The position numbers were made by a program, and so were the translations under genes. Below, piece by piece: positions 1 to 13,164 of a stretch of DNA of 64,000 nucleotides. The stretch comes from Tubulanus polymorphus (Eukaryota; Animalia; Nemertea). The stretch's first letter is position 1; every line of letters begins with the position of its first letter. A model generated the notes under the pieces. It saw nothing but the letters and a program-made list of their open reading frames with translations, was not told where the DNA came from and made no database searches. The DNA lies in contig NW_027437451.1 in assembly GCF_964204645.1 (NCBI RefSeq), positions 42,001 through 106,000 on the forward strand. The letters run 5' to 3'.

Positions 1-3000
1 ACCTATCTATTTGAAATCAGTTCAATACGCCTTAACCCATCTTTTCACGTTGAATCCATCATCTTCAGAACCAAAAGCAGCCAGAAAATTCTGATTCTTT
101 CAACCTATCTATTTGAAATCAGTTCAATTCGCCTAAACACATCATTTCAGATTGAATCAATCAACTTCAGTAGTATAATTAGTCAGAAAATTCTGAATCT
201 TTCAACCAATCTATTGAAAATCAGTTCAGTACACCCTAACCCATCAATTTAGATAGAATTCATCATTTTTAGGACCTAATTAATCAAGAAAAATCTGTTT
301 CTTTCATCCCATCTACTCGAAATCAGTTCAGTTTACCTTAAGCTATCATTTCAGATCGAGTCCATCATCTTCAGGAGCATAAATAGCCAGAAAATTCTTA
401 ATCTTTCCACCTATCTATTTGAAATCAGTTCAATACGCCTTAACCCACCTTTTCAGATTGAATCAATCAACTTCAGAAGTATAAGTAGTCAGAAAATTCT
501 GAATCTTTCAACCAATCTATTGAAAATCAGTTCAGTACACCCTAACCCAACAATTAAGATAGAATTCATCATCTTTAGGACCCTATTTTGCAAAAAAAAT
601 CTCTATCTTTCAGTCCATCTACTCGAAATCAGTTCAGTTTACCTTAACCTATCATTTCAGATCGAGTCCATCATCTTCAGGAGCATAAATAGCCAGAAAA
701 TTCTTAATCTTTCCACCTATCTATTTGAAATCAGTTCAATACGCCTTAACCCATCTTTTCAGATTGAGTCCATCATCTTCAGAACAAAGGGCAGCCAGAA
801 AATTCTGATTCTTTCAACCTATCTATTGAAAATCAGTTCAGTACACCCTAACCCATCAATTAAGATAGAATTCATCATCTTTAGGACCCTATTTTGCAAG
901 AAAAATTTGTATCTTTCAGTCCATCTACTCGAAATCAGTTCAGTTTACCTTAACCTATCATTTCAGATCGAGTCCATCATCTTCAGGCGCATAAATAGCC
1001 AGAAAATTCTGATTCTTTCCACCTATCTATTTGAAATCAGTTCAGTTCACCCTAACCCATCAATTAAGATAGAATTCGTCATCTTTAGGACCCTGTTTTC
1101 CAAGAAAAATCTGTATCTTTCAGTCCATCTACTCGAAATCAGTACAGTTTACCTTACCCTATCATTTCAGATCGAGTCCATCATCTTCAGGAGCATAAAT
1201 AGCCAGAAAATTCTTAATCTTTCCACCTATCTATTTGAAATCAGTTCAATACGCCTTAACCCATCTTTTCACGTTGAATCCATCATCTTCAGAACCAAAA
1301 GCAGCCAGAAAATTCTGATTCTTTCAACCTATCTATTTGAAATCAGTTCAATTCGCCTAAACACATCATTTCAGATTGAATCAATCAACTTCAGTAGTAT
1401 AATTAGTCAGAAAATTCTGAATCTTTCAACCAATCTATTGAAAATCAGTTCAGTACACCCTAACCCATCAATTTAGATAGAATTCATCATTTTTAGAACC
1501 TAATTAAGCAAGAAAAATCTGTTTCTTTCATCCTATCTACTCGAAATCAGTTCAGTTTACCTTAAGCTATCATTTCAGATCGAGTCCATCATCTTCAGGA
1601 GCATAAATAGCCAGAAAATTCTTAATCTTTCCACCTATCTATTTGAAATCAGTTCAATACGCCTTAACCCATCTTTTCAGATTGAATCAATCAACTTCAG
1701 AAGTATAAGTAGTCAGAAAATTCTGATTCTTTCAACCTATCTATTTGAAATCAGTTCAATTCGCCTAAACGCATCATTTCAGATTGAATCAATCAACTTC
1801 AGTAGTATAATTAGTCAGAAAATTCTGAATCTTTCAACCAATCTATTGAAAATCAGTTCAGTACACCCTAACCCAACAATTAAGATAGAATTCATCATCT
1901 TTAGGACCCTATTTTGCAAGAAAAATCTCTATCTTTCAGTCCATCTACTCGAAATCAGTTCAGTTTACCTTAACATATCATTTCAGATCGAGTCCATCAT
2001 CTTCAGGAGCATAAATAGCCAGAAAATTCTTAATCTTTCCACCTATCTATTTGAAATCAGTTCAATACGCCTTAACCCATCTTTTCAGATTGAGTCCATC
2101 ATCTTCAGAACAAAGGGCAGCCAGAAAATTCTGATTCTTTCAACCTATCTATTGAAAATCAGTTCAGTTCACCCTAACCCATCAATTAAGATAGAATTCA
2201 TCATCTTTAGGACCCTATTTTGCAAGAAAAATCTGTATCTTTCAGTCCATCTACTCGAAATCAGTTCAGTTTACCTTAACCTATCATTTCAGATCGAGTC
2301 CATCATCTTCAGGAGCATAAATAGCCAGAAAATTCTTAATCTTTCCACCTATCTATTTGAAATCAGTTCAATACGCCTTAACCCACCTTTTCAGATTGAA
2401 TCAATCAACTTCAGAAGTATAAGTAGTCAGAAAATTCTGAATCTTTCAACCAATCTATTGAAAATCAGTTCAGTACACCCTAACCCAACAATTAAGATAG
2501 AATTCATCATCTTTAGGACCCTATTTTGCAAGAAAAATCTCTATCTTTCAGTCCATCTACTCGAAATCAGTTCAGTTTACCTTAACCTATCATTTCAGAT
2601 CGAGTCCATCATCTTCAGGAGCATAAATAGCCAGAAAATTCTTAATCTTTCCACCTATCTATTTGAAATCAGTTCAATACGCCTTAACCCATCTTTTCAG
2701 ATTGAGTCCATCATCTTCAGAACAAAGGGCAGCCAGAAAATTCTGATTCTTTCAACCTATCTATTGAAAATCAGTTCAGTACACCCTAACCCATCAATTA
2801 AGATAGAATTCATCATCTTTAGGACCCTATTTTGCAAGAAAAATTAGTATCTTTCAGTCCATCTACTCGAAATCAGTTCAGTTTACCTTAACCTATCATT
2901 TCAGATCGAGTCCATCATCTTCAGGAGCATAAATAGCCAGAAAATTCTTAATCTTTCCACCTATCTATTTGAAATCAGTTCAATACGCCTTAACCCATCT

Positions 3001-6000
3001 TTTCACGTTGAATCCATCATCTTCAGAACCAAAAGCAGCCAGAAAATTCTGATTCTTTCAACCTATCTATTTGAAATCAGTTCAGTTCACCCTAACCCAT
3101 CAATTAAGATAGAATTCATCATCTTTAGGACCCTATTTTGCAAGAAAAATCTGTATCTTTCAGTCCATCTACTCGAAATCCGTTCAGTTTACCTTAACCT
3201 ATCATTTCAGATCGAGTCCATCATCTTCAGGAGCATAAATAGCCAGAAAATTCTTAATCTTTCCACCTATCTATTTGAAATCAGTTCAATACGCCTTAAC
3301 CCATCTTTTCACGTTGAATCCATCATCTTCAGAACCAAAAGCAGCCAGAAAATTCTGATTCTTTCAACCTATCTATTTGAAATCAGTTCAATTCGCCTAA
3401 ACACATCATTTCAGATTGAATCAATCAACTTCAGTAGTATAATTAGTCAGAAAATTCTGAATCTTTCAACCAATCTATTGAAAATCAGTTCAGTACACCC
3501 TAACCCATCAATTTAGATAGAATTCATCATTTTTAGGACCTAATTAATCAAGAAAAATCTGTTTCTTTCATCCCATCTACTCGAAATCAGTTCAGTTTAC
3601 CTTAAGCTATCATTTCAGATCGAGTCCATCATCTTCAGGAGCATAAATAGCCAGAAAATTCTTAATCTTTCCACCTATCTATTTGAAATCAGTTCAATAC
3701 GCCTTAACCCACCTTTTCAGATTGAATCAATCAACTTCAGAAGTATAAGTAGTCAGAAAATTCTGAATCTTTCAACCAATCTATTGAAAATCAGTTCAGT
3801 ACACCCTAACCCAACAATTAAGATAGAATTCATCATCTTTAGGACCCTATTTTGCAAAAAAAATCTCTATCTTTCAGTCCATCTACTCGAAATCAGTTCA
3901 GTTTACCTTAACCTATCATTTCAGATCGAGTCCATCATCTTCAGGAGCATAAATAGCCAGAAAATTCTTAATCTTTCCACCTATCTATTTGAAATCAGTT
4001 CAATACGCCTTAACCCATCTTTTCAGATTGAGTCCATCATCTTCAGAACAAAGGGCAGCCAGAAAATTCTGATTCTTTCAACCTATCTATTGAAAATCAG
4101 TTCAGTACACCCTAACCCATCAATTAAGATAGAATTCATCATCTTTAGGACCCTATTTTGCAAGAAAAATTTGTATCTTTCAGTCCATCTACTCGAAATC
4201 AGTTCAGTTTACCTTAACCTATCATTTCAGATCGAGTCCATCATCTTCAGGCGCATAAATAGCCAGAAAATTCTGATTCTTTCCACCTATCTATTTGAAA
4301 TCAGTTCAGTTCACCCTAACCCATCAATTAAGATAGAATTCGTCATCTTTAGGACCCTGTTTTCCAAGAAAAATCTGTATCTTTCAGTCCATCTACTCGA
4401 AATCAGTTCAGTTTACCTTACCCTATCATTTCAGATCGAGTCCATCATCTTCAGGAGCATAAATAGCCAGAAAATTCTTAATCTTTCCACCTATCTATTT
4501 GAAATCAGTTCAATACGCCTTAACCCATCTTTTCACGTTGAATCCATCATCTTCAGAACCAAAAGCAGCCAGAAAATTCTGATTCTTTCAACCTATCTAT
4601 TTGAAATCAGTTCAATTCGCCTAAACACATCATTTCAGATTGAATCAATCAACTTCAGTAGTATAATTAGTCAGAAAATTCTGAATCTTTCAACCAATCT
4701 ATTGAAAATCAGTTCAGTACACCCTAACCCATCAATTTAGATAGAATTCATCATTTTTAGAACCTAATTAAGCAAGAAAAATCTGTTTCTTTCATCCTAT
4801 CTACTCGAAATCAGTTCAGTTTACCTTAAGCTATCATTTCAGATCGAGTCCATCATCTTCAGGAGCATAAATAGCCAGAAAATTCTTAATCTTTCCACTT
4901 ATCTATTTGAAATCAGTTCAATACGCCTTAACCCATCTTTTCAGATAGAATCCATCATCTTCAGAACCAAAAGCAGCCAGAAAATTCTGATTCTTTCCAC
5001 CTATCTATTTGAAATCAGTTCAGTACACCCCAACCCATCGATTAAGATAGAATTCGTCATCTTTAGGACCCTATTTTGCAAGAAAAATCTGTATCTTTTA
5101 GTCCATCTACTCGAAATCAGTTCAGTTTACCTTAACCTATCATTTCAGATCGAGTCCATCATCTTCAGGAGCATAAATAGCCAGAAAATTCTTAATCTTT
5201 CCACCTATCTATTTGAAATCAGTTCAATACGCCTTAACCCACCTTTTCAGATTGAATCAATCAACTTCAGAAGTATAAGTAGTCAGAAAATTCTGAATCT
5301 TTCAACCAATCTATTGAAAATCAGTTCAGTACACCCTAACCCAACAATTAAGATAGAATTCATCATCTTTAGGACCCTATTTTGCAAGAAAAATCTCTAT
5401 CTTTCAGTCCATCTACTCGAAATCAGTTCAGTTTACCTTAACCTATCATTTCAGATCGAGTCCATCATCTTCAGGAGCATAAATAGCCAGAAAATTCTTA
5501 ATCTTTCCACCTATCTATTTGAAATCAGTTCAATACGCCTTAACCCATCTTTTCAGATTGAGTCCATCATCTTCAGAACAAAGGGCAGCCAGAAAATTCT
5601 GATTCTTTCAACCTATCTATTGAAAATCAGTTCAGTACACCCTAACCCATCAATTAAGATAGAATTCATCATCTTTAGGACCCTATTTTGCAAGAAAAAT
5701 TAGTATCTTTCAGTCCATCTACTCGAAATCAGTTCAGTTTACCTTAACCTATCATTTCAGATCGAGTCCATCATCTTCAGGAGCATAAATAGCCAGAAAA
5801 TTCTTAATCTTTCCACCTATCTATTTGAAATCAGTTCAATACGCCTTAACCCATCTTTTCACGTTGAATCCATCATCTTCAGAACCAAAAGCAGCCAGAA
5901 AATTCTGATTCTTTCAACCTATCTATTTGAAATCAGTTCAGTTCACCCTAACCCATCAATTAAGATAGAATTCATCATCTTTAGGACCCTATTTTGCAAG

Positions 6001-8950
6001 AAAAATCTGTATCTTTCAGTCCATCTACTCGAAATCCGTTCAGTTTACCTTAACCTATCATTTCAGATCGAGTCCATCATCTTCAGGAGCATAAATAGCC
6101 AGAAAATTCTTAATCTTTCCACCTATCTATTTGAAATCAGTTCAATACGCCTTAACCCATCTTTTCACGTTGAATCCATCATCTTCAGAACCAAAAGCAG
6201 CCAGAAAATTCTGATTCTTTCAACCTATCTATTTGAAATCAGTTCAATTCGCCTAAACACATCATTTCAGATTGAATCAATCAACTTCAGTAGTATAATT
6301 AGTCAGAAAATTCTGAATCTTTCAACCAATCTATTGAAAATCAGTTCAGTACACCCTAACCCATCAATTTAGATAGAATTCATCATTTTTAGGACCTAAT
6401 TAATCAAGAAAAATCTGTTTCTTTCATCCCATCTACTCGAAATCAGTTCAGTTTACCTTAAGCTATCATTTCAGATCGAGTCCATCATCTTCAGGAGCAT
6501 AAATAGCCAGAAAATTCTTAATCTTTCCACCTATCTATTTGAAATCAGTTCAATACGCCTTAACCCACCTTTTCAGATTGAATCAATCAACTTCAGAAGT
6601 ATAAGTAGTCAGAAAATTCTGAATCTTTCAACCAATCTATTGAAAATCAGTTCAGTACACCCTAACCCAACAATTAAGATAGAATTCATCATCTTTAGGA
6701 CCCTATTTTGCAAAAAAAATCTCTATCTTTCAGTCCATCTACTCGAAATCAGTTCAGTTTACCTTAACCTATCATTTCAGATCGAGTCCATCATCTTCAG
6801 GAGCATAAATAGCCAGAAAATTCTTAATCTTTCCACCTATCTATTTGAAATCAGTTCAATACGCCTTAACCCATCTTTTCAGATTGAGTCCATCATCTTC
6901 AGAACAAAGGGCAGCCAGAAAATTCTGATTCTTTCAACCTATCTATTGAAAATCAGTTCAGTACACCCTAACCCATCAATTAAGATAGAATTCATCATCT
7001 TTAGGACCCTATTTTGCAAGAAAAATTTGTATCTTTCAGTCCATCTACTCGAAATCAGTTCAGTTTACCTTAACCTATCATTTCAGATCGAGTCCATCAT
7101 CTTCAGGCGCATAAATAGCCAGAAAATTCTGATTCTTTCCACCTATCTATTTGAAATCAGTTCAGTTCACCCTAACCCATCAATTAAGATAGAATTCGTC
7201 ATCTTTAGGACCCTGTTTTCCAAGAAAAATCTGTATCTTTCAGTCCATCTACTCGAAATCAGTTCAGTTTACCTTACCCTATCATTTCAGATCGAGTCCA
7301 TCATCTTCAGGAGCATAAATAGCCAGAAAATTCTTAATCTTTCCACCTATCTATTTGAAATCAGTTCAATACGCCTTAACCCATCTTTTCACGTTGAATC
7401 CATCATCTTCAGAACCAAAAGCAGCCAGAAAATTCTGATTCTTTCAACCTATCTATTTGAAATCAGTTCAATTCGCCTAAACACATCATTTCAGATTGAA
7501 TCAATCAACTTCAGTAGTATAATTAGTCAGAAAATTCTGAATCTTTCAACCAATCTATTGAAAATCAGTTCAGTACACCCTAACCCATCAATTTAGATAG
7601 AATTCATCATTTTTAGAACCTAATTAAGCAAGAAAAATCTGTTTCTTTCATCCTATCTACTCGAAATCAGTTCAGTTTACCTTAAGCTATCATTTCAGAT
7701 CGAGTCCATCATCTTCAGGAGCATAAATAGCCAGAAAATTCTTAATCTTTCCACCTATCTATTTGAAATCAGTTCAATACGCCTTAACCCATCTTTTCAG
7801 ATTGAATCAATCAACTTCAGAAGTATAAGTAGTCAGAAAATTCTGATTCTTTCAACCTATCTATTTGAAATCAGTTCAATTCGCCTAAACGCATCATTTC
7901 AGATTGAATCAATCAACTTCAGTAGTATAATTAGTCAGAAAATTCTGAATCTTTCAACCAATCTATTGAAAATCAGTTCAGTACACCCTAACCCAACAAT
8001 TAAGATAGAATTCATCATCTTTAGGACCCTATTTTGCAAGAAAAATCTCTATCTTTCAGTCCATCTACTCGAAATCAGTTCAGTTTACCTTAACATATCA
8101 TTTCAGATCGAGTCCATCATCTTCAGGAGCATAAATAGCCAGAAAATTCTTAATCTTTCCACCTATCTATTTGAAATCAGTTCAATACGCCTTAACCCAT
8201 CTTTTCAGATTGAGTCCATCATCTTCAGAACAAAGGGCAGCCAGAAAATTCTGATTCTTTCAACCTATCTATTGAAAATCAGTTCAGTTCACCCTAACCC
8301 ATCAATTAAGATAGAATTCATCATCTTTAGGACCCTATTTTGCAAGAAAAATCTGTATCTTTCAGTCCATCTACTCGAAATCAGTTCAGTTTACCTTAAC
8401 CTATCATTTCAGATCGAGTCCATCATCTTCAGGAGCATAAATAGCCAGAAAATTCTTAATCTTTCCACCTATCTATTTGAAATCAGTTCAATACGCCTTA
8501 ACCCACCTTTTCAGATTGAATCAATCAACTTCAGAAGTATAAGTAGTCAGAAAATTCTGAATCTTTCAACCAATCTATTGAAAATCAGTTCAGTACACCC
8601 TAACCCAACAATTAAGATAGAATTCATCATCTTTAGGACCCTATTTTGCAAGAAAAATCTCTATCTTTCAGTCCATCTACTCGAAATCAGTTCAGTTTAC
8701 CTTAACCTATCATTTCAGATCGAGTCCATCATCTTCAGGAGCATAAATAGCCAGAAAATTCTTAATCTTTCCACCTATCTATTTGAAATCAGTTCAATAC
8801 GCCTTAACCCATCTTTTCAGATTGAGTCCATCATCTTCAGAACAAAGGGCAGCCAGAAAATTCTGATTCTTTCAACCTATCTATTGAAAATCAGTTCAGT
8901 ACACCCTAACCCATCAATTAAGATAGAATTCATCATCTTTAGGACCCTAT
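1..8950 (+). repeat. Near-identical block duplication within the array: 1-~2830 vs 6121-~8950 (offset 6120 = 60 monomers), with a partial copy at offset 3264
   Basis: Sequence lines from 1 and 6121 match until 2831/8951, apart from one SNP I noticed at 1144 (AGTACA vs AGTTCA). The ORF track repeats at 520/3784/6640 and at 1846/7966. Confidence 0.9.
523..828 (+). repeat. Representative 306-bp A-B-C higher-order unit (A 523-624, B 625-726, C 727-828)
   Basis: A: ..GTACACCCTAACCC..GATAGAATTCATC..GGACCCTATTTTGC..; B: ..GTTTACCTTAACCTATC..GATCGAG..GGAGCATAAAT..; C: ..ATACGCCTTAACCC..GATTGAG..GGCAGC.. By hand count of the common forms, A vs B differ at 25/102 and B vs C at ~16/102. Same-class copies are nearly identical. 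Confidence 0.93.
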
Positions 8951-11900
8951 TATGCAAGAAAATTTTGTATCTTTCAGTCCATCTACTCGAAATCAGTTCA
9001 GTTTACCTTAACCTATCATTTCAGATCGAGTCCATCATCTTCAGGCGCATAAATAGCCAGAAAATTCTGATTCTTTCCACCTATCTATTTGAAATCAGTT
9101 CAGTTCACCCTAACCCATCAATTAAGATAGAATTCGTCATCTTTAGGACCCTATTTTGCAAGAAAAATCTGTATCTTTCAGTCCATCTACTCGAAATCAG
9201 TTCAGTTTACCTTACCCTATCATTTCAGATCGAGTCCATCATCTTCAGGAGCATAAATAGCCAGAAAATTCTTAATCTTTCCACCTATCTATTTGAAATC
9301 AGTTCAACACGCCTTAACCCATCTTTTCACGTTGAATCCATCATCTTCAGAACCAAAAGCAGCCAGAAAATTCTGATTCTTTCAACCTATCTATTTGAAA
9401 TCAGTTCAATTCGCCTAAACACATCATTTCAGATTGAATCAATCAACTTCAGTAGTATAATTAGTCAGAAAATTCTGAATCTTTCAACCAATCTATTGAA
9501 AATCAGTTCAGTACACCCTAACCCATCAATTTAGATAGAATTCATCATTTTTAGAACCTAATTAAGCAAGAAAAATCTGTTTCTTTCATCCTATCTACTC
9601 GAAATCAGTTCAGTTTACCTTAAGCTATCATTTCAGATCGAGTCCATCATCTTCAGGAGCATAAATAGCCAGAAAATTCTTAATCTTTCCACTTATCTAT
9701 TTGAAATCAGTTCAATACGCCTTAACCCATCTTTTCAGATTGAATCAATCAACTTCAGAAGTATAAGTAGTCAGAAAATTCTGATTCTTTCAACCTATCT
9801 ATTTGAAATCAGTTCAATTCGCCTAAACGCATCATTTCAGATTGAATCAATCAACTTCAGTAGTATAATTAGTCAGAAAATTCTGAATCTTTCAACCAAT
9901 CTATTGAAAATCAGTTCAGTACACCATAACCCAACAATTAAGATAGAATTCATCATCTTTAGGACCCTATTTTGCAAGAAAAATCTCTATCTTTCAGTCC
10001 ATCTACTCGAAATCAGTTCAGTTTACCTTAACCTATCATTTCAGATCGAGTCCATCATCTTCAGGAGCATAAATAGCCAGAAAATTCTTAATCTTTCCAC
10101 CTATCTATTTGAAATCAGTTCAATACGCCTTAACCCATCTTTTCAGATTGAGTCCATCATCTTCAGAACAAAGGGCAGCCAGAAAATTCTGATTCTTTCA
10201 ACCTATCTATTGAAAATCAGTTCAGTACACCCTAACCCATCAATTAAGATAGAATTCATCATCTTTAGGACCCTATTTTGCAAGAAAAATTAGTATCTTT
10301 CAGTCCATCTACTCGAAATCAGTTCAGTTTACCTTAACCTATCATTTCAGATCGAGTCCATCATCTTCAGGAGCATAAATAGCCAGAAAATTCTTAATCT
10401 TTCCACCTATCTATTTGAAATCAGTTCAATACGCCTTAACCCATCTTTTCACGTTGAATCCATCATCTTCAGAACCAAAAGCAGCCAGAAAATTCTGATT
10501 CTTTCAACCTATCTATTTGAAATCAGTTCAATTCGCCTAAACACATCATTTCAGATTGAATCAATCAACTTCAGTAGTATAATTAGTCAGAAAATTCTGA
10601 ATCTTTCAACCAATCTATTGAAAATCAGTTCAGTACACCCTAACCCATCAATTTAGATAGAATTCATCATTTTTAGGACCTAATTAATCAAGAAAAATCT
10701 GTTTCTTTCATCCCATCTACTCGAAATCAGTTCAGTTTACCTTAAGCTATCATTTCAGATCGAGTCCATCATCTTCAGGAGCATAAATAGCCAGAAAATT
10801 CTTAATCTTTCCACCTATCTATTTGAAATCAGTTCAATACGCCTTAACCCACCTTTTCAGATTGAATCAATCAACTTCAGAAGTATAAGTAGTCAGAAAA
10901 TTCTGAATCTTTCAACCAATCTATTGAAAATCAGTTCAGTACACCCTAACCCAACAATTAAGATAGAATTCATCATCTTTAGGACCCTATTTTGCAAAAA
11001 AAATCTCTATCTTTCAGTCCATCTACTCGAAATCAGTTCAGTTTACCTTAACCTATCATTTCAGATCGAGTCCATCATCTTCAGGAGCATAAATAGCCAG
11101 AAAATTCTTAATCTTTCCACCTATCTATTTGAAATCAGTTCAATACGCCTTAACCCATCTTTTCAGATTGAGTCCATCATCTTCAGGAGCATAAATAGCC
11201 AGAAAATTCTTAATCTTTCCACCTATCTATTTGAAATCAGTTCAATACGCCTTAACCCATCTTTTCAGATTGAGTCCATCATCTTCAGAACCAAAGGCAG
11301 CAAGAAAATTCTGATTCTTTCAACCTATCTATTTGAAATCAGTTCAGTTCACCCTAACCCATCAATTAAGATAGAATTCGTCATCTTTAGGACCCTATTT
11401 TGCAAGAAAAATCTGTATCTTTCAGTCCATCTACTCGAAATCAGTTCAGTTTACCTTAACCTATCATTTCAGATCGAGTCCATCATCTTCAGGAGCATAA
11501 ATAGCCAGAAAATTCTTAATCTTTCCTCCTATCAATTTGAAATCAGTTCAATACGCCTTAACCCATCTTTTCAGATTGAGTCCATCATCTTCAGAACCAA
11601 AGGCAGCCAGAAAATTCTGATTCTTTCAACCTATCTATTTGAAATCAGTTCAGTACACCCTAACCCATCATTTAAGATAGAATTCATCATCTTTAGGACC
11701 ATATTTTGCAAGAAAAATCTGTATCTTTCAGTCCATCTACTCGAAATCAGTTCAGTTTACCTTAACCTATCATTTCAGATCGAGTCCATCATCTTCAGGA
11801 GCATTAGTACCCAGAAAATTCAGAATCTTTCCACCTATCTATTTGAAATCAGTTCAATACGCCTTAACCCATCTTTTCAGATAGAATCCATCATCTTCAG

Positions 11901-13164
11901 AACCAAAAGCAGCCAGAAAATTCTGATTCTTTCCACCTATCTATTTGAAATCAGTTCAGTACACCCTAACCCATCAATTAAGATAGAATTCGTCATCTTT
12001 AGGACCATATTTTGCAAGAAAAATCTGTATCTTTTAGTCCATCTACTCGAAATCAGTTCAGTTTACCTTAACCTATCATTTCAGATCGAGTCCATCATCT
12101 TCAGGAGCATAAATAGCCAGAAAATTCTTAATCTTTCCACCTATCTATTTGAAATCAGTTCAATACGCCTTAACCCATCTTTTCAGATTGAGTCCATCAT
12201 CTTCAGAACCAAAGGCAGCAAGAAAATTCTGATTCTGTCAACCTATCTATTTGAAATCAGTTCAGTACACCCCAACCCATCGATTAAGATTGAATTCATC
12301 ATCTTTAGTACCCTATTTTGCAAGAAAAATCTGTATCTTTCAGTCCATCTACTCGAAATCAGTTCAGTTTACCCTTAACCTATCATTTCAGATCGAGTCC
12401 ATCATCTTCAGGAGCATAAATAGCCAGAAAATTCTTAATCTTTCCACCTATCTATTTGAAATCAGTTCAATACGCCTTAACCCATCTTTTCAGATTGAGT
12501 CCATCATCTTCAGAACAAAGGGCAGCCAGAAAATTCTGATTCTTTCAACCTATCTATTGAAAATCAGTTCAGTACACCCTAACCCATCAATTAAGATAGA
12601 ATTCATCATCTTTAGGACCCTATTTTGCAAGAAAAATTTGTATCTTTCAGTCCATCTACTCGAAATCAGTTCAGTTTACCTTAACCTATCATTTCAGATC
12701 GAGTCCATCATCTTCAGGCGCATAAATAGCCAGAAAATTCTGATTCTTTCCACCTATCTATTTGAAATCAGTTCAGTTCACCCTAACCCATCAATTAAGA
12801 TAGAATTCGTCATCTTTAGGACCCTATTTTCCAAGAAAAATCTGTATCTTTCAGTCCATCTACTCGAAATCAGTTCAGTTTACCTTACCCTATCATTTCA
12901 GATCGAGTCCATCATCTTCAGGAGCATAAATAGCCAGAAAATTCTTAATCTTTCCACCTATCTATTTGAAATCAGTTCAATACGCCTTAACCCATCTTTT
13001 CACGTTGAATCCATCATCTTCAGAACCAAAAGCAGCCAGAAAATTCTGATTCTTTCAACCTATCTATTTGAAATCAGTTCAATTCGCCTAAACACATCAT
13101 TTCAGATTGAATCAATCAACTTCAGTAGTATAATTAGTCAGAAAATTCTGAATCTTTCAACCAA

